64,000 nt of DNA, taken from an uncultured Armatimonadia bacterium. GTDB taxonomy: Bacteria > Armatimonadota > Zipacnadia > CAVVLO01. The stretch lies in contig CAVVLO010000004.1 of assembly GCA_963749155.1 (NCBI GenBank), positions 94,810 through 158,809 on the forward strand, in the 5' to 3' direction. Below the pieces are notes generated by a model. That model saw only the letters and a program-made list of their open reading frames with translations, made no database searches and was not told where the DNA came from. A program made the translations under genes and the position numbers. This document shows positions 39,610-49,716 of the stretch, piece by piece (position 1 is the stretch's first letter; the number at the start of each line of letters is the position of its first letter).

Positions 39610-40548
39610 TGGCGCCGCGATGACATCTCGCCGTACGTAAGTAGCACCGGCGACTGACGCATCTCGCTAAACTGTCTCGGCGCATGTGGCAGCGGCTACA
39701 TGGTGGGCTGGGGATCTCTGGTGCTGCCATGGCGTCACAGCTGGTGAGAAGCCGACCATCGTCTGTGGCGTCGACATAGGGATCTGGATTATCGGTGCCT
39801 CCATGCGGCAAACGAGGACATCCGTCGCGACGAGCTGCGCATGGGCATAGATCAGCTGAGACGAACGGCTACTACGGCCCGCGCAGCCGGGACTGCTGCG
39901 GGAACGCGTTCTAGTGGGCATCGCAGATGAGTGAGGCGCGCTGGCTTACCAACGAGCCCCGCGGACGCCCGTGCCAGACCCCGAAGGTGGGAGTGGATGA
40001 AGCACTGGCGGGGCGCGTATATCCGTTCGAACACCAGCTGCAACGACCGTGGTGAGCGTTCCGCATCGAGTCAGGGCAGCGCGTCGCATGAAGCGCCGGG
40101 GCTGCTCTGACGCGTTCACGCGCGTGCGCGATACGGTGGGGCGTAGAATCGCGCAGACCGAACTGGAGACGGTGATGGACGTCGAACCATCGAGCAGTCG
40201 CAGCAGTGGACTGGTTCGTAGGTCGACTGGTCCAGACACTTGAACTGTGGCCGAACTGGACGGCGTTATGCGCGTAACTGCAACTGAGTGGGCCGAGACG
40301 GTCGCGTCCTTGCTAGCTCGGCGTCGCTATCGTCTACCTCGCAAGTCGGCTCCCACTGACTTCCGCATGCGCTCATCGCGCGGGACCAGTCCCATCGACG
40401 GGCAGCCAATGGCTCGATCGGCAGCGGAACGCGAGAATGCGTCGAATAGAAGCCATTGCCAGAGCGGGGCGAGATGGCGACTCGGACCGAGGCTGCCCCT
40501 GAGCTTACGAGCGGCCGGAGCTGCGACTGCGCTCCGAGGCAGTGCCGG

Positions 40549-40997
40549 ACGAGACGGTGCTCTCCAGCTTCGCCTATGACCACGACGACTGCGGCAACCT
40601 GGACTCAGAATGACCGAGGCAATGGCGACGTCACCACCTATGCTTGACGACTCGAATCTACGAGCTGACCGGGCAGACGAAGCGCAATTCAGGAAACGTA
40701 GTACAATACAGTTATAGCTACACTTACGACGACATCGGCAACAGGCTGACTCTTACCGACCAGGGGAGCGCGGTGACGACCTCCACTTACAACGCGGGCG
40801 GGCAGTTGCACGGGACAGATGCCTCCGGGACGCTGCACCACCTACGTCTCGGCTTCGCCCTCCAGCCGATGGCGCTGCGCGACGCGTGACACGACACGGT
40901 GAGTGCGACATCGAGTACCCAGACTCGTCGAGACCAGCTACACCTACAACTCCGCCGGGCAGCGGCTGACGAAGGTCGAGGGCGGGACGACGACCAA
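40549..40997 (+). pseudogene. Rhs core fragment F without CT
   Basis: Matches about 63099-63566 with many indels. Confidence 0.8.
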
Positions 40998-41014
40998 TAC
41001 CTCCAATAAACGCC

Positions 41015-42784
41015 TCAGTCAGCCTTCCCCGGAGGCCCCTGGTTAGGCTTGCCTGCCCGTTCTTTGAAAAGGATCTCAACAACCTCGAGGGCCTTGTAGC
41101 GCTTCTTCCGATCCCGTGTCATATAGCCGAAGGGGCTCAGGCGCTGGCTTTCCGCGTAGTAGGCGTTTTCAGGCCACGGATGATGAGCGAAGTGCCACAG
41201 CACCCCGCCAGCCACCCACGGCGCATCCAGCCCCGCCCAGTCGGCCTCCAGGGCCGTCACTTGCGCGCCCTCGCCCGCGATCATTGGATAACCGAACTCG
41301 CTCACCAAGAGCGGCTTCTCGGGGAAATCTGCGTGCAGCCGCGCGAGAAGCTCCTTCATCGCGCGCGTCGAGTCGTCGGGGCTTGACAGGCTGGGGTAGT
41401 AGTTGACCGAGATAACCTCGTCCGCCTCGAAGAAGGCCGGGCTGTAGTGAGGCGCGCTGTGCTCGCAGGAGACATGCAGCCAAAGGCGCGTTGGATCGAG
41501 CGACTTGCCGTAGCGCACCAGTTCTGTGTTAGCCGCGACGATGTCCTCGCGCCACTCGGCAGCCTCATTGCCCACCGAACAGAGGATGACAGAGGGGTGG
41601 TTCGAGTCGCGTTCCACCAGCTTGCGGAGTGTGCGTTTGGCTGTCTCGAGGATAAGTGGCGTATCCTCGGGAGCGGTCTCATCGCCCTCGTTGGGCGCTG
41701 GATGATCGGCCCGGCCCCAGGCGTTCATACCGTTCTCAATCATTACCAGCAGGCCCAGCTCATCGCACAGTGCGATCTCTCCGGGGTGATGGGGATAGTG
41801 GCACATCCGCACGAAGTTGCAACCGAGGTCTTTCATTAGCTCGAAATCCGCCCGCGCCTGCGCCAGGTCCACGGCCATACCGGTCCTGGGCGAGTCCTCG
41901 TGGCGGTTGAAGCCTTGCAGGAAGAGAGGTTGTCCGTTCAGCAGCAGCTGGGTGTCCCGGGCTTCGATGCGCCTGAAGCCGAACCGGTCCCTTGCAATAC
42001 CAACCGGCTCGCCAGAATGCAGCAACTCGACCTCGGCGGTGTAGAGGGCGGGCGAATCAGGCGACCAGGACTTCACGTCAGGCAGCCGGGCCTCCACCGA
42101 GAGCTCTCCCTGGGCGCCTGCGGGCAGGGCCAAGGGGCTAGAGCAAAGCGTGATAACGACCCGCCCCTCCGGATCGCGTACCGTGACCCGGAGAGAAGGC
42201 TCTGCCGGCGCCCTGGAGTCGTTCGCAAGCCTCGCGGTCAACGCAAAGCGGCCGCCATCGCCCTCCGGCTCGGCCACGATGCGCAGGTGTTCAAGGTAGA
42301 GAGAGTCGGTTGCGAGCAGGCAGGCCTCGCGCGTGAAGCCCCCCTGGCCGAACCAGAACTCGCAGGGTGGAAACTGCCCTTTGTGCCTCACGTTGTCGAT
42401 GCGCACCGCCAGGGCGTTCTCCCCGCCGTAATCCAGCCGCGCGGTCACATCGAAGTCAAAGGGGAGATAAGCGTCCTCGTTCGCACCGACCAGTTCGCCG
42501 TTCAGCCAGACCGAGGCGTTGTAGCTGACGCCCTCAAATCGCAGCACAATCCGCTTGCCACGCCAGTCGGCGGGCACAGGGAAGGTGCGACGGAACCAGC
42601 CAGCCCCGGTATAACGGTCCAGCTCCGGCGAGCAGTTGTCGAACACAACTGGCACTTCGACCTGGCGCCAGGTCTCATCCGGCGGAAAGGCAAACCACTC
42701 TTCCGCAACCCCCACCTCCTCCGGATCGGCCCGGAAGGCCCAAGGGCCAGTCAGGTCCAGCCGCTTGCCCTGGTCAAGTGTCAT
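41015..42784 (-). CDS. Glycoside hydrolase family 2 (beta-glucuronidase/galactosidase-like)
   Basis: LRFEGV, FGFRRIE, GFNRHED, NFVRMCHYPH, NHPSVI..VGNE and VSEFG motifs. Confidence 0.92.
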   Translation of the reverse strand: MTLDQGKRLDLTGPWAFRADPEEVGVAEEWFAFPPDETWRQVEVPVVFDNCSPELDRYTGAGWFRRTFPVPADWRGKRIVLRFEGVSYNASVWLNGELVGANEDAYLPFDFDVTARLDYGGENALAVRIDNVRHKGQFPPCEFWFGQGGFTREACLLATDSLYLEHLRIVAEPEGDGGRFALTARLANDSRAPAEPSLRVTVRDPEGRVVITLCSSPLALPAGAQGELSVEARLPDVKSWSPDSPALYTAEVELLHSGEPVGIARDRFGFRRIEARDTQLLLNGQPLFLQGFNRHEDSPRTGMAVDLAQARADFELMKDLGCNFVRMCHYPHHPGEIALCDELGLLVMIENGMNAWGRADHPAPNEGDETAPEDTPLILETAKRTLRKLVERDSNHPSVILCSVGNEAAEWREDIVAANTELVRYGKSLDPTRLWLHVSCEHSAPHYSPAFFEADEVISVNYYPSLSSPDDSTRAMKELLARLHADFPEKPLLVSEFGYPMIAGEGAQVTALEADWAGLDAPWVAGGVLWHFAHHPWPENAYYAESQRLSPFGYMTRDRKKRYKALEVVEILFKERAGKPNQGPPGKAD

Positions 42785-44037
42785 TGGCTTGCTCCCAGCA
42801 GCAATTCTCGATACTCGGCCAGCAGCTCGGGCGTGATGAGGCGGCGCTTGAGGCGTATCTTGTCCTGCTCGTAGCTGCCCCAGACCTGGGTGGCATAAGA
42901 GAGATACAGCCAGTAGGTGCCTCCGCCAGCAGATTCGACGTAAGCGACAGGCACCTGGTTGGCCTGGGCGTCCGCGTCGCGCTCGATATAGCCAAGAGGC
43001 AACCAGTCCAGTCCATCCAGTGAGACAAGCTCGCACACCTTGCGCGAGGCCCAGCCCTTGTCCATCTTCGCAGCCAGTTCGGCCTCCTCTGGCAGCAGTG
43101 GGGCATACCCTCCCGGGTCGGCGAAAGCGAAATAGACGTCCTCGATGCGCACCACATCGGGATTGGGGAAGTTCGAGAAGAGAGGGTTATCTGGTCCGTT
43201 GAGGACCTTCCAGTCGGCGCTGTTCAGAAAATCGCCCCGGTTCTCGGCGTAGGCCATCGGCATATCGGTACCAGTAAAACAGTCGAACCAGCACCGCCAG
43301 ACCTCTCCATCGCGCATCAGCGAGGGCCGGTGGAAGAGACCCACCGGGTGCATGAACTCGCCAGGGGCCCTGGGCGCCTGGCCGATATTGCGCTCATCCA
43401 GAAGGATGGGCCGCTGGCTGCGCTGCCACACAAGCCCATCCTCCGAGACCGCGCCCATCACGCAGCACAGGTCAGAGTCAGTGTCGCCGGGGTGGCCGAA
43501 GGGGATCATATCCTGGTTGAAGCCTGTCGAACTGTAGGCCATATAATAGCGTCCCTCCAGCTTCACCAGAGAGGAATCGCCATTGTGCCAACTGTCGAAG
43601 GGCTCGTTTTGAGCGCGCAGGACAGGTCGCCAGAGGGCTGGGTTCATCGTCGTGTCCCATTTGTCATCACCGCAATACACTTCCCAGGGGCCTTCAAGGC
43701 GAGGGGCACGGGCGGCGAAGGTCATATCGCAGCCGGTTTCGAAGCCATAATTGGTATTGCCTGGTGTCGAAGCCCAGCCGAAAAACCACCCCTTGTAGGG
43801 GTAGGCAGCGTCTTCGGGCTCGCGCAGTATGAACAGGTGGTACATATTGTTGAAGCCCCAGATCAGATCGCCGCCCACCTGCTGCCAATAAGCTGTGCGA
43901 TCTGCCTGCCTGCCGTATTTGGGATCGCTGGAGGAAAGCTCCGCGGCCAGCAGCAGGGCCTGAAGCAGCAAAAGTAGAAACAAGACGGCAAGCATCAGGA
44001 TCCCTTCCCAAGCAAACCAAGGGCGATGGCACTTCAC
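42781..44037 (-). CDS. Secreted five-bladed beta-propeller glycosidase (GH43/130-like)
   Basis: Signal peptide; WHNGDSSLVK, SEDGLVW and SLDGLDW motifs. Confidence 0.6.
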   Translation of the reverse strand: MKCHRPWFAWEGILMLAVLFLLLLLQALLLAAELSSSDPKYGRQADRTAYWQQVGGDLIWGFNNMYHLFILREPEDAAYPYKGWFFGWASTPGNTNYGFETGCDMTFAARAPRLEGPWEVYCGDDKWDTTMNPALWRPVLRAQNEPFDSWHNGDSSLVKLEGRYYMAYSSTGFNQDMIPFGHPGDTDSDLCCVMGAVSEDGLVWQRSQRPILLDERNIGQAPRAPGEFMHPVGLFHRPSLMRDGEVWRCWFDCFTGTDMPMAYAENRGDFLNSADWKVLNGPDNPLFSNFPNPDVVRIEDVYFAFADPGGYAPLLPEEAELAAKMDKGWASRKVCELVSLDGLDWLPLGYIERDADAQANQVPVAYVESAGGGTYWLYLSYATQVWGSYEQDKIRLKRRLITPELLAEYRELLLGASQ

Positions 44038-45431
44038 AGGACATCCCTCTCAGCGCGGTCCAGCGCGCGCAGCCGCAGGTTGGTAAGGGCGCCTGGCGCG
44101 TCCACGAATTCGAAAGCCAGGCTGCCCTCCATTCGGTTGTAAAGACGGGCCGAAAGCGAAAGCTGGTCGGCGATGAAGACCTCGCAGCAGGTGCCTGAGA
44201 CTACCAGGCGCAACTTGATCGGCTGCCCGATCGGCGCCTCATAACCACGAGTCTGCAGCACCAGGCTATTATCCCAATAACTGGTCGGGCGGAGGCTGAC
44301 AAGGCCTTCGCTGGGGCTGAGGGCCACCTCGTAGCCACTCGCCAGGTCATCAGCAAGGCGGAAAAAGAGCCTGAAGTCGCTCTCGCGCCTGGCCAGCGTG
44401 AGGTCGGCCTCGAGGTAGAAGTCGCCTGGCGCCTCAGGAATCAGCAGCAGGCCGCCAGCCTGGGTTCGGACCGCGCCGGTGGCATCCACCTTCCACTGGC
44501 CCGTGATGGACTGGGCTGTTGGAAGTAGAGCCGGCTCAAGCGCGGGCAGGGCCTGCCAGGCAGCGAGAAGTTCGTCCGGCGGGCCTTCGGTGATGGTGCC
44601 ATCGGGGTGGAACTCGAGCTGGCGCGGGATAGAGTAGGCCTGCCCGTTGAGGATGGCGCCAAACTCGTTCTGGTCCACCCGCGCGCACATAAAGGGGAAG
44701 CTGACCCAGCGCCGCCCGTCCGAAGCGAGGCGCGAGCCGGCGAAGGCCGTATGGGGCAGCAGATCGCGTTCGGGCGCTCTTTCCCAGGGGCCGGCCAGGC
44801 TGGGGGCGAAGCGGTAGAGGGTCGTCCGCTGGAGGTAGAGCAGATAATACCGACCCGCTTCCCGGATGACCTGGGGGCAGTCGGCATAGGGAGCATAGCC
44901 TGGGCCCCAGAGGGGCTCGCAGCGCTTCCAGGCGCTCAGATCGGCACTCTTGAATAGTCCCACACACCCCGCGCGCGCCCTCGGAGCGCCGACCTTGCGG
45001 GTGCCAACCAGCAGCCACCAAAGGCCCTCCGCCTCGTTGAAGAAGACGAACGGGTCGCGAAAGTCCTCCGTGACATAGAGAGCCTCATCGCCCCTCAGCA
45101 CTGGATTATCCGGCAGGGGTGTCCAGTGGTCGAGGTCATCGCTGGTAGCCAGGTGCACCGTCTGGTCGACCGTGTAGAAGAACCAGAAACGCCCTTCGTG
45201 CTGCACCACGCTGCCAGTGGCGATGCCTCCCGTCAGGGCGATGGGGCGCACCTCCCAGTTCACCAGGTCGCTGCTTACGCGGTGGCCGCAGTCGCCTGGG
45301 TGCTGCATATGGAAGACATGCCATAGCCCCTCGTGGAAGAAGGGCATCGTATCGCCCGAGTTGTCAGCCGGGCCAGGACCGAACAGGAAAGGGGTTCTGG
45401 CCAGTGAATAGCGCTCTGCCAAGTCAGCCAT
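44034..45431 (-). CDS. Glycoside hydrolase family 32
   Basis: GDTMPFF, TGSVV, FRDPFVF and DCP; C-terminal beta-sandwich. Confidence 0.8.
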   Translation of the reverse strand: MADLAERYSLARTPFLFGPGPADNSGDTMPFFHEGLWHVFHMQHPGDCGHRVSSDLVNWEVRPIALTGGIATGSVVQHEGRFWFFYTVDQTVHLATSDDLDHWTPLPDNPVLRGDEALYVTEDFRDPFVFFNEAEGLWWLLVGTRKVGAPRARAGCVGLFKSADLSAWKRCEPLWGPGYAPYADCPQVIREAGRYYLLYLQRTTLYRFAPSLAGPWERAPERDLLPHTAFAGSRLASDGRRWVSFPFMCARVDQNEFGAILNGQAYSIPRQLEFHPDGTITEGPPDELLAAWQALPALEPALLPTAQSITGQWKVDATGAVRTQAGGLLLIPEAPGDFYLEADLTLARRESDFRLFFRLADDLASGYEVALSPSEGLVSLRPTSYWDNSLVLQTRGYEAPIGQPIKLRLVVSGTCCEVFIADQLSLSARLYNRMEGSLAFEFVDAPGALTNLRLRALDRAERDVL

Positions 45432-45656
45432 ATTACCACCACGTAATCTGGATATAAGGTCTGGAGATTATTCGAGACTACCAAGCCCAGGCCTGCCAGA
45501 GGCAAGCCGGCGCGGTTCCTCTTCTGCAGGCCTGACTGGTCTGGCGTTCCGCTGGCTGGATGAAGGCAGGGGTTTGGCAGGTGGTGGTGAAGCTTCTTGT
45601 ACAAGCCAGCCTCAAAACCTGATTTGCCAAAACGCCAGCAACTGGAGTTGATTCAG

Positions 45657-46895
45657 GTGACTGGAAGAATCGTTATGCTTTTGGTCCTTATTTTGGCCTG
45701 CGGTCACTTCGCCCCTGGGAGTGAGCCTCTGAAGCCCGACTTCACCAAGCCCTTCTTCGAGATGCAGCCGGTATCAGGGGCTGTGCGCGTGATGACCATC
45801 CTTTGGGATCCCCACCGGCCAACCGACCTAGCCCCCTCGCGCGAGGCCATCAAGCAACTGATGTTCGGGCGCGAACACAGCCTGCGCGGTTACTATAAAG
45901 AGAACTCCCTTGGCAAGCTGCATATAGCCAACGCGGGCATCTATGGCTGGTACGACGCGCTCAAGCCTGCCGACCATTACTGGGGGCCGTTGGATGAGGG
46001 AGACCAGGACGGCGACGGCTGGGTCAATGGCCATGTTGAGAAATGGGCCGAGGCCGTCTGGAAGGTGGATGCCGAGATTGACTTCCGCCAGTATGACACC
46101 AACCACGATGGGGTGCTTGAGCCGCGCGAGCTGGCCATCCATATTGTGATCCCGCAAAACGGCCCTTTCGGCACAAACCGGGTTCCCGCCGGACGCGAGG
46201 CGCCCGAGTGGGAACCGCTACTGGTTGACGGCATCCGCATCCCGGTCATCGCCGAAAGCTACATCGGCGCCCCGCCGGACCTCTCGCTGGTCGCCCACGA
46301 GCTGGCCCACCTGCTGCTCAACGCGCCCGATGAATACTTCCCCTTTCGCTCGGACAGCGCCCCAGGGCCTTTCTCGCTGATGGACCAGAACTGGTACTGT
46401 GCCCATCTCGATCCCTTCCTCAAGCTGAGAGTAGGTTGGGCCAGGCCCCTGTTCATCACCGAAAGTGCCACCTGCCGGCTGGGCTCAGTGGAGAGGACAG
46501 GTCAGGTGCTGGTGCTCTATGATCCAGCGCGCAGCAACTCGGAATACTTCCTGATCGAGAACCGCTGGCCAGAGGGCACGTATGAGGCAGCGCTGCCGGA
46601 CAAGGGACTTGCGATCTGGCATATCGTGGACGATGCCAGCCTGCTCGGAACGCTGCCCGCGCCACCTGGCTGCACGGCCGAGGAGTGGTCATCCATCGGC
46701 CCTGACGACTGGGGCCGGCGCGCGCTGCGGATGGTAAAGCCCGTCCTGGGAGACAACTCGAAGGCCCTGTGGGACGGCGCCGAGGGGGCGACCCAGTGTG
46801 CCCTGAACTGGCTTGATGGCACACCAAGTCCTTTCTCCCTGTGTGACATCTCACCCGCGGCTCCGTTTATGAGCGTGTCTATCAGAGTAGACTAA
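45657..46895 (+). CDS. M6 (immune inhibitor A-like) metalloprotease
   Basis: YYKENSLG, IDFRQYDTNHDG, HELAHLL..PDEY, FSLMD, EYFLIENR and GLAIWHI motifs. Confidence 0.88.
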   Translation: MTGRIVMLLVLILACGHFAPGSEPLKPDFTKPFFEMQPVSGAVRVMTILWDPHRPTDLAPSREAIKQLMFGREHSLRGYYKENSLGKLHIANAGIYGWYDALKPADHYWGPLDEGDQDGDGWVNGHVEKWAEAVWKVDAEIDFRQYDTNHDGVLEPRELAIHIVIPQNGPFGTNRVPAGREAPEWEPLLVDGIRIPVIAESYIGAPPDLSLVAHELAHLLLNAPDEYFPFRSDSAPGPFSLMDQNWYCAHLDPFLKLRVGWARPLFITESATCRLGSVERTGQVLVLYDPARSNSEYFLIENRWPEGTYEAALPDKGLAIWHIVDDASLLGTLPAPPGCTAEEWSSIGPDDWGRRALRMVKPVLGDNSKALWDGAEGATQCALNWLDGTPSPFSLCDISPAAPFMSVSIRVD

Positions 46896-46983
46896 CCTTC
46901 CCCAGGCTTTCTTTATGACAAAAATCAGCGCGCCAGTGCGCTACTCCTGGAGTCCTTCGATAATCCCCCAAGAAGGCGAAAAA

Positions 46984-47547
46984 ATGAACAGCGAAACCAA
47001 CTCCTGGCAGCAATTTCATGATCTGGAGGCTCCGAATTACGATGAGTTGTGCTTCACCCAGAACACCGCTCAGGAAATCGAGTTTCTCCTCGATTTGCTG
47101 GCTCTGCAGCCAGGCGCGTCCATCCTGGATGTAGGCTGTGGCACAGGACGTCATAGCATCGAACTGGCGCGCAAAGGTTTCCAGGTGACAGGCCTGGATC
47201 TCTCCTCCGGTATGCTGGCGCAGGCCCAAGCGAAAGCCAAGGCGGCAGAGCTCGAAGTCGAATTGATTCAGGCAGATGCCACCAGCTTTACTCTGCCCAG
47301 GCAGTATGATGCCGCAATCTGTCTTTGCGAGGGTTCCTTTGGCCTGCTTGGCAGTGGAGATGACCCGATTGAGCATCCCCTTGCCATCTTGCGCAACACA
47401 AGCCGGTCGCTGAAGCCAGGCGGTCAGGCGCTCTTCACAGTGCTGAGCGCCCTGGCAGGTAAGAGGGCTAGTGCGGCGAAGTGGCACAGCGCCACTGCCG
47501 GACTGCCCCGAGGCCGGCCTTTCAGCCTCTCGAGGAGGACGCCTTGA
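46984..47547 (+). CDS. Class I SAM-dependent methyltransferase (C-terminus possibly truncated)
   Basis: ILDVGCGTGRH, GLDLSSGML and LKPGG motifs. Confidence 0.85.
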   Translation: MNSETNSWQQFHDLEAPNYDELCFTQNTAQEIEFLLDLLALQPGASILDVGCGTGRHSIELARKGFQVTGLDLSSGMLAQAQAKAKAAELEVELIQADATSFTLPRQYDAAICLCEGSFGLLGSGDDPIEHPLAILRNTSRSLKPGGQALFTVLSALAGKRASAAKWHSATAGLPRGRPFSLSRRTP

Positions 47548-49694
47548 TGAAGACCGAGGAACTTGCGAGTGAGTGGTCAGATCTCCTGGTGACCGAAGGC
47601 GCTGAACCTCTGGTCACCTACCGGAGCGGCCTGGTGGTATATGAAGAGTCACTGACTGACGGCCGGTTCGTCGGTCGGGGCTGGAATGCCGCCGGCTATG
47701 TGAACTTCTATGATGGGCGGCTCGACCCGAGTCAGCACCCGATGCCCCAGGCCTTCTGCCTCGAAATTGACGGGCAGTCGCTGACCTGGGACTGGGAGTG
47801 GCAGGGGCTCGAGGAGATTCCAGTGGCCGACGCTGGCACAGGCGCTCGCCACGTTGCCATCAGCCTGCGCCACCAGGTGCGCCCCGTCCAGGTGAAAGTC
47901 CACACCAAACTGGACGGCACCGCCATACTGACCCGCTGGCTTGAGGTCACCAACACTGGGACCGAGCCAGCGGCGCTCTCAGCCGTGGCTTCCTGGAGCG
48001 GCGTGCTACAGAAGACCAATCGCTGGCGCTCGCACCTGGGCGAAAGCGGACTGCCCCTTTACTCTATCGGCTATTTCGCCAACACCCACTGGGGCAACGA
48101 GGGCGATTTTCAGTGGTTCGACCTGCCCCAGGCCGGATACCGGGTGGATGGGCGCTACCGCAGGGACAGGCATCGCCACCCGATGGTGGTGGTCCGCAAC
48201 AACGCCACGGGCGAACACTTCATCTGGCAACTCGCCTGGTCAGGGGGCTACAGCTTCGAGTTCGACCTGGACGCCGACGCGGGAACTGGCGACCAGGCGG
48301 CGCGGCTGTGCTTCCGTGCCGGACCCGATGCGCCAGCGCCCTTGCGCCTTATCGCGCCAGGCGAGACAGTCAGCACCCCAGAAGTTCACCTGGGCGCGGT
48401 GTTCGGCGACCTCGATACCACCATCCAGGCGATGCACGACCATCTGCGCAAGAGCGTCTTTATGCCGCAGCCGCGCGGGCACGGCGGTTGGGTTGAGTCA
48501 GGGATAGGGCCAGAAATAGAGATAACCACCGAGCAGGTCCTCCATGCAATTGACGCCGCGGCCGAGTTCGGCGCGGAGGTCTTTTTTATTGATGCAAGCT
48601 GGTACGCGAAGCCTGGGGGCAACTGGTGGAGCACCGTGGGCGATTGGGAAGTGAACCTGGAGCGATTCTCCGAGGGACTGAAGCCCTTCCGTGACCGGGT
48701 ACACGAGAAGGGCATGCTGTGGGGCCTGTGGATGGACGCCGAACGCCTTGGCGAGGAGAGCCGCGTCTTCGCCCAGCACCCCGACTGGCTGGCTGCAGGC
48801 TACGATGGGAAGAGAAACCTCGGGGGCCTTCTTGACCTCACCAACCCCGAGGCGGCCAGTTGGATGGAGGAGCAGATAAGCCAGGTCATCGAAGCCAATG
48901 GCCTCGAATTCTTCCGCCTGGACCACAACACTCACCCCGGCCCAGGGCTGCAAACACGCCGCGAGGGGTATGTGGAGAACGGCTATTTTCGTTATTACGA
49001 GACCCTGTATGCCATCTATGACCGGCTGCGGGCGCGGTTTCCCGATGTGATCTTCGAAAACTGCGCCGGGGGCGGCGGGCGCACCGACATCGGCCTGGTG
49101 CGGCGCTTCAGCCACACCTGGGTAACCGACTGGCAGATCGCTCCACGTTCGTTCGCCATCACCAACGGGATGAGCCTGGCTCTGCCGCCAGAATACGTGG
49201 ACCGACTTATAGGCGGCCAGAGCGGCCATATCGCCGCCGAAGCCGACTTCCAGTCCAGGCTGCTGCTGTTCGTCCGCCCATCAATTGCCTTCTCGAAACC
49301 CCTGGGCGCCGAAGGAAATCCGGCAATGCTCCAGCGCCTGAAGCGTTTCGTTGCCCTTTACAAGGGTTTCGTGCGGCCTTTTATGAGTACTGGGCGGATT
49401 TACCACCACACTCCCTGTGTGGCCAATCCCGAACCGCGAGGCTGGGGCGTGCTGGAACTGGCCTCTCGCGACCGCTCAAGGGCCCTGTGCGGCCTGTTCC
49501 AGCTCTCGGCGCCAACTGAGCCAGAGTACCTGCTCAGGTTGCGGGGACTGGACTGCGGTCGCAGGTACCAGGTGACCTTCGACAACACCCAACAGACCTG
49601 CGAGGTCGAGGGCTTCGTTCTGATGAACCAGGGACTGACCGTGCGCCTCGAGGGCGCGCTGACTTCGGAGTTGCTGATAATCGAGGCCGTGTAA
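47547..49694 (+). CDS. Alpha-galactosidase (GH36)
   Basis: FFIDASWY..GDW, GLWMDAE and ENCAGGGGRTD; SD GAGGAGG. Confidence 0.88.
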   Translation: MKTEELASEWSDLLVTEGAEPLVTYRSGLVVYEESLTDGRFVGRGWNAAGYVNFYDGRLDPSQHPMPQAFCLEIDGQSLTWDWEWQGLEEIPVADAGTGARHVAISLRHQVRPVQVKVHTKLDGTAILTRWLEVTNTGTEPAALSAVASWSGVLQKTNRWRSHLGESGLPLYSIGYFANTHWGNEGDFQWFDLPQAGYRVDGRYRRDRHRHPMVVVRNNATGEHFIWQLAWSGGYSFEFDLDADAGTGDQAARLCFRAGPDAPAPLRLIAPGETVSTPEVHLGAVFGDLDTTIQAMHDHLRKSVFMPQPRGHGGWVESGIGPEIEITTEQVLHAIDAAAEFGAEVFFIDASWYAKPGGNWWSTVGDWEVNLERFSEGLKPFRDRVHEKGMLWGLWMDAERLGEESRVFAQHPDWLAAGYDGKRNLGGLLDLTNPEAASWMEEQISQVIEANGLEFFRLDHNTHPGPGLQTRREGYVENGYFRYYETLYAIYDRLRARFPDVIFENCAGGGGRTDIGLVRRFSHTWVTDWQIAPRSFAITNGMSLALPPEYVDRLIGGQSGHIAAEADFQSRLLLFVRPSIAFSKPLGAEGNPAMLQRLKRFVALYKGFVRPFMSTGRIYHHTPCVANPEPRGWGVLELASRDRSRALCGLFQLSAPTEPEYLLRLRGLDCGRRYQVTFDNTQQTCEVEGFVLMNQGLTVRLEGALTSELLIIEAV

Positions 49695-49716
49695 GTCTGG
49701 ACTGGCCAGGCTTGTA

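Noticed and set aside
39600..40548. ORF-poor stretch as a hypervariable/DGR target or ncRNA
   Set aside because: No reverse transcriptase and no template/variable repeat pair with A-specific mismatches; it is flanked by indel-rich Rhs copies, so it is probably a low-quality or decayed CT/immunity pair
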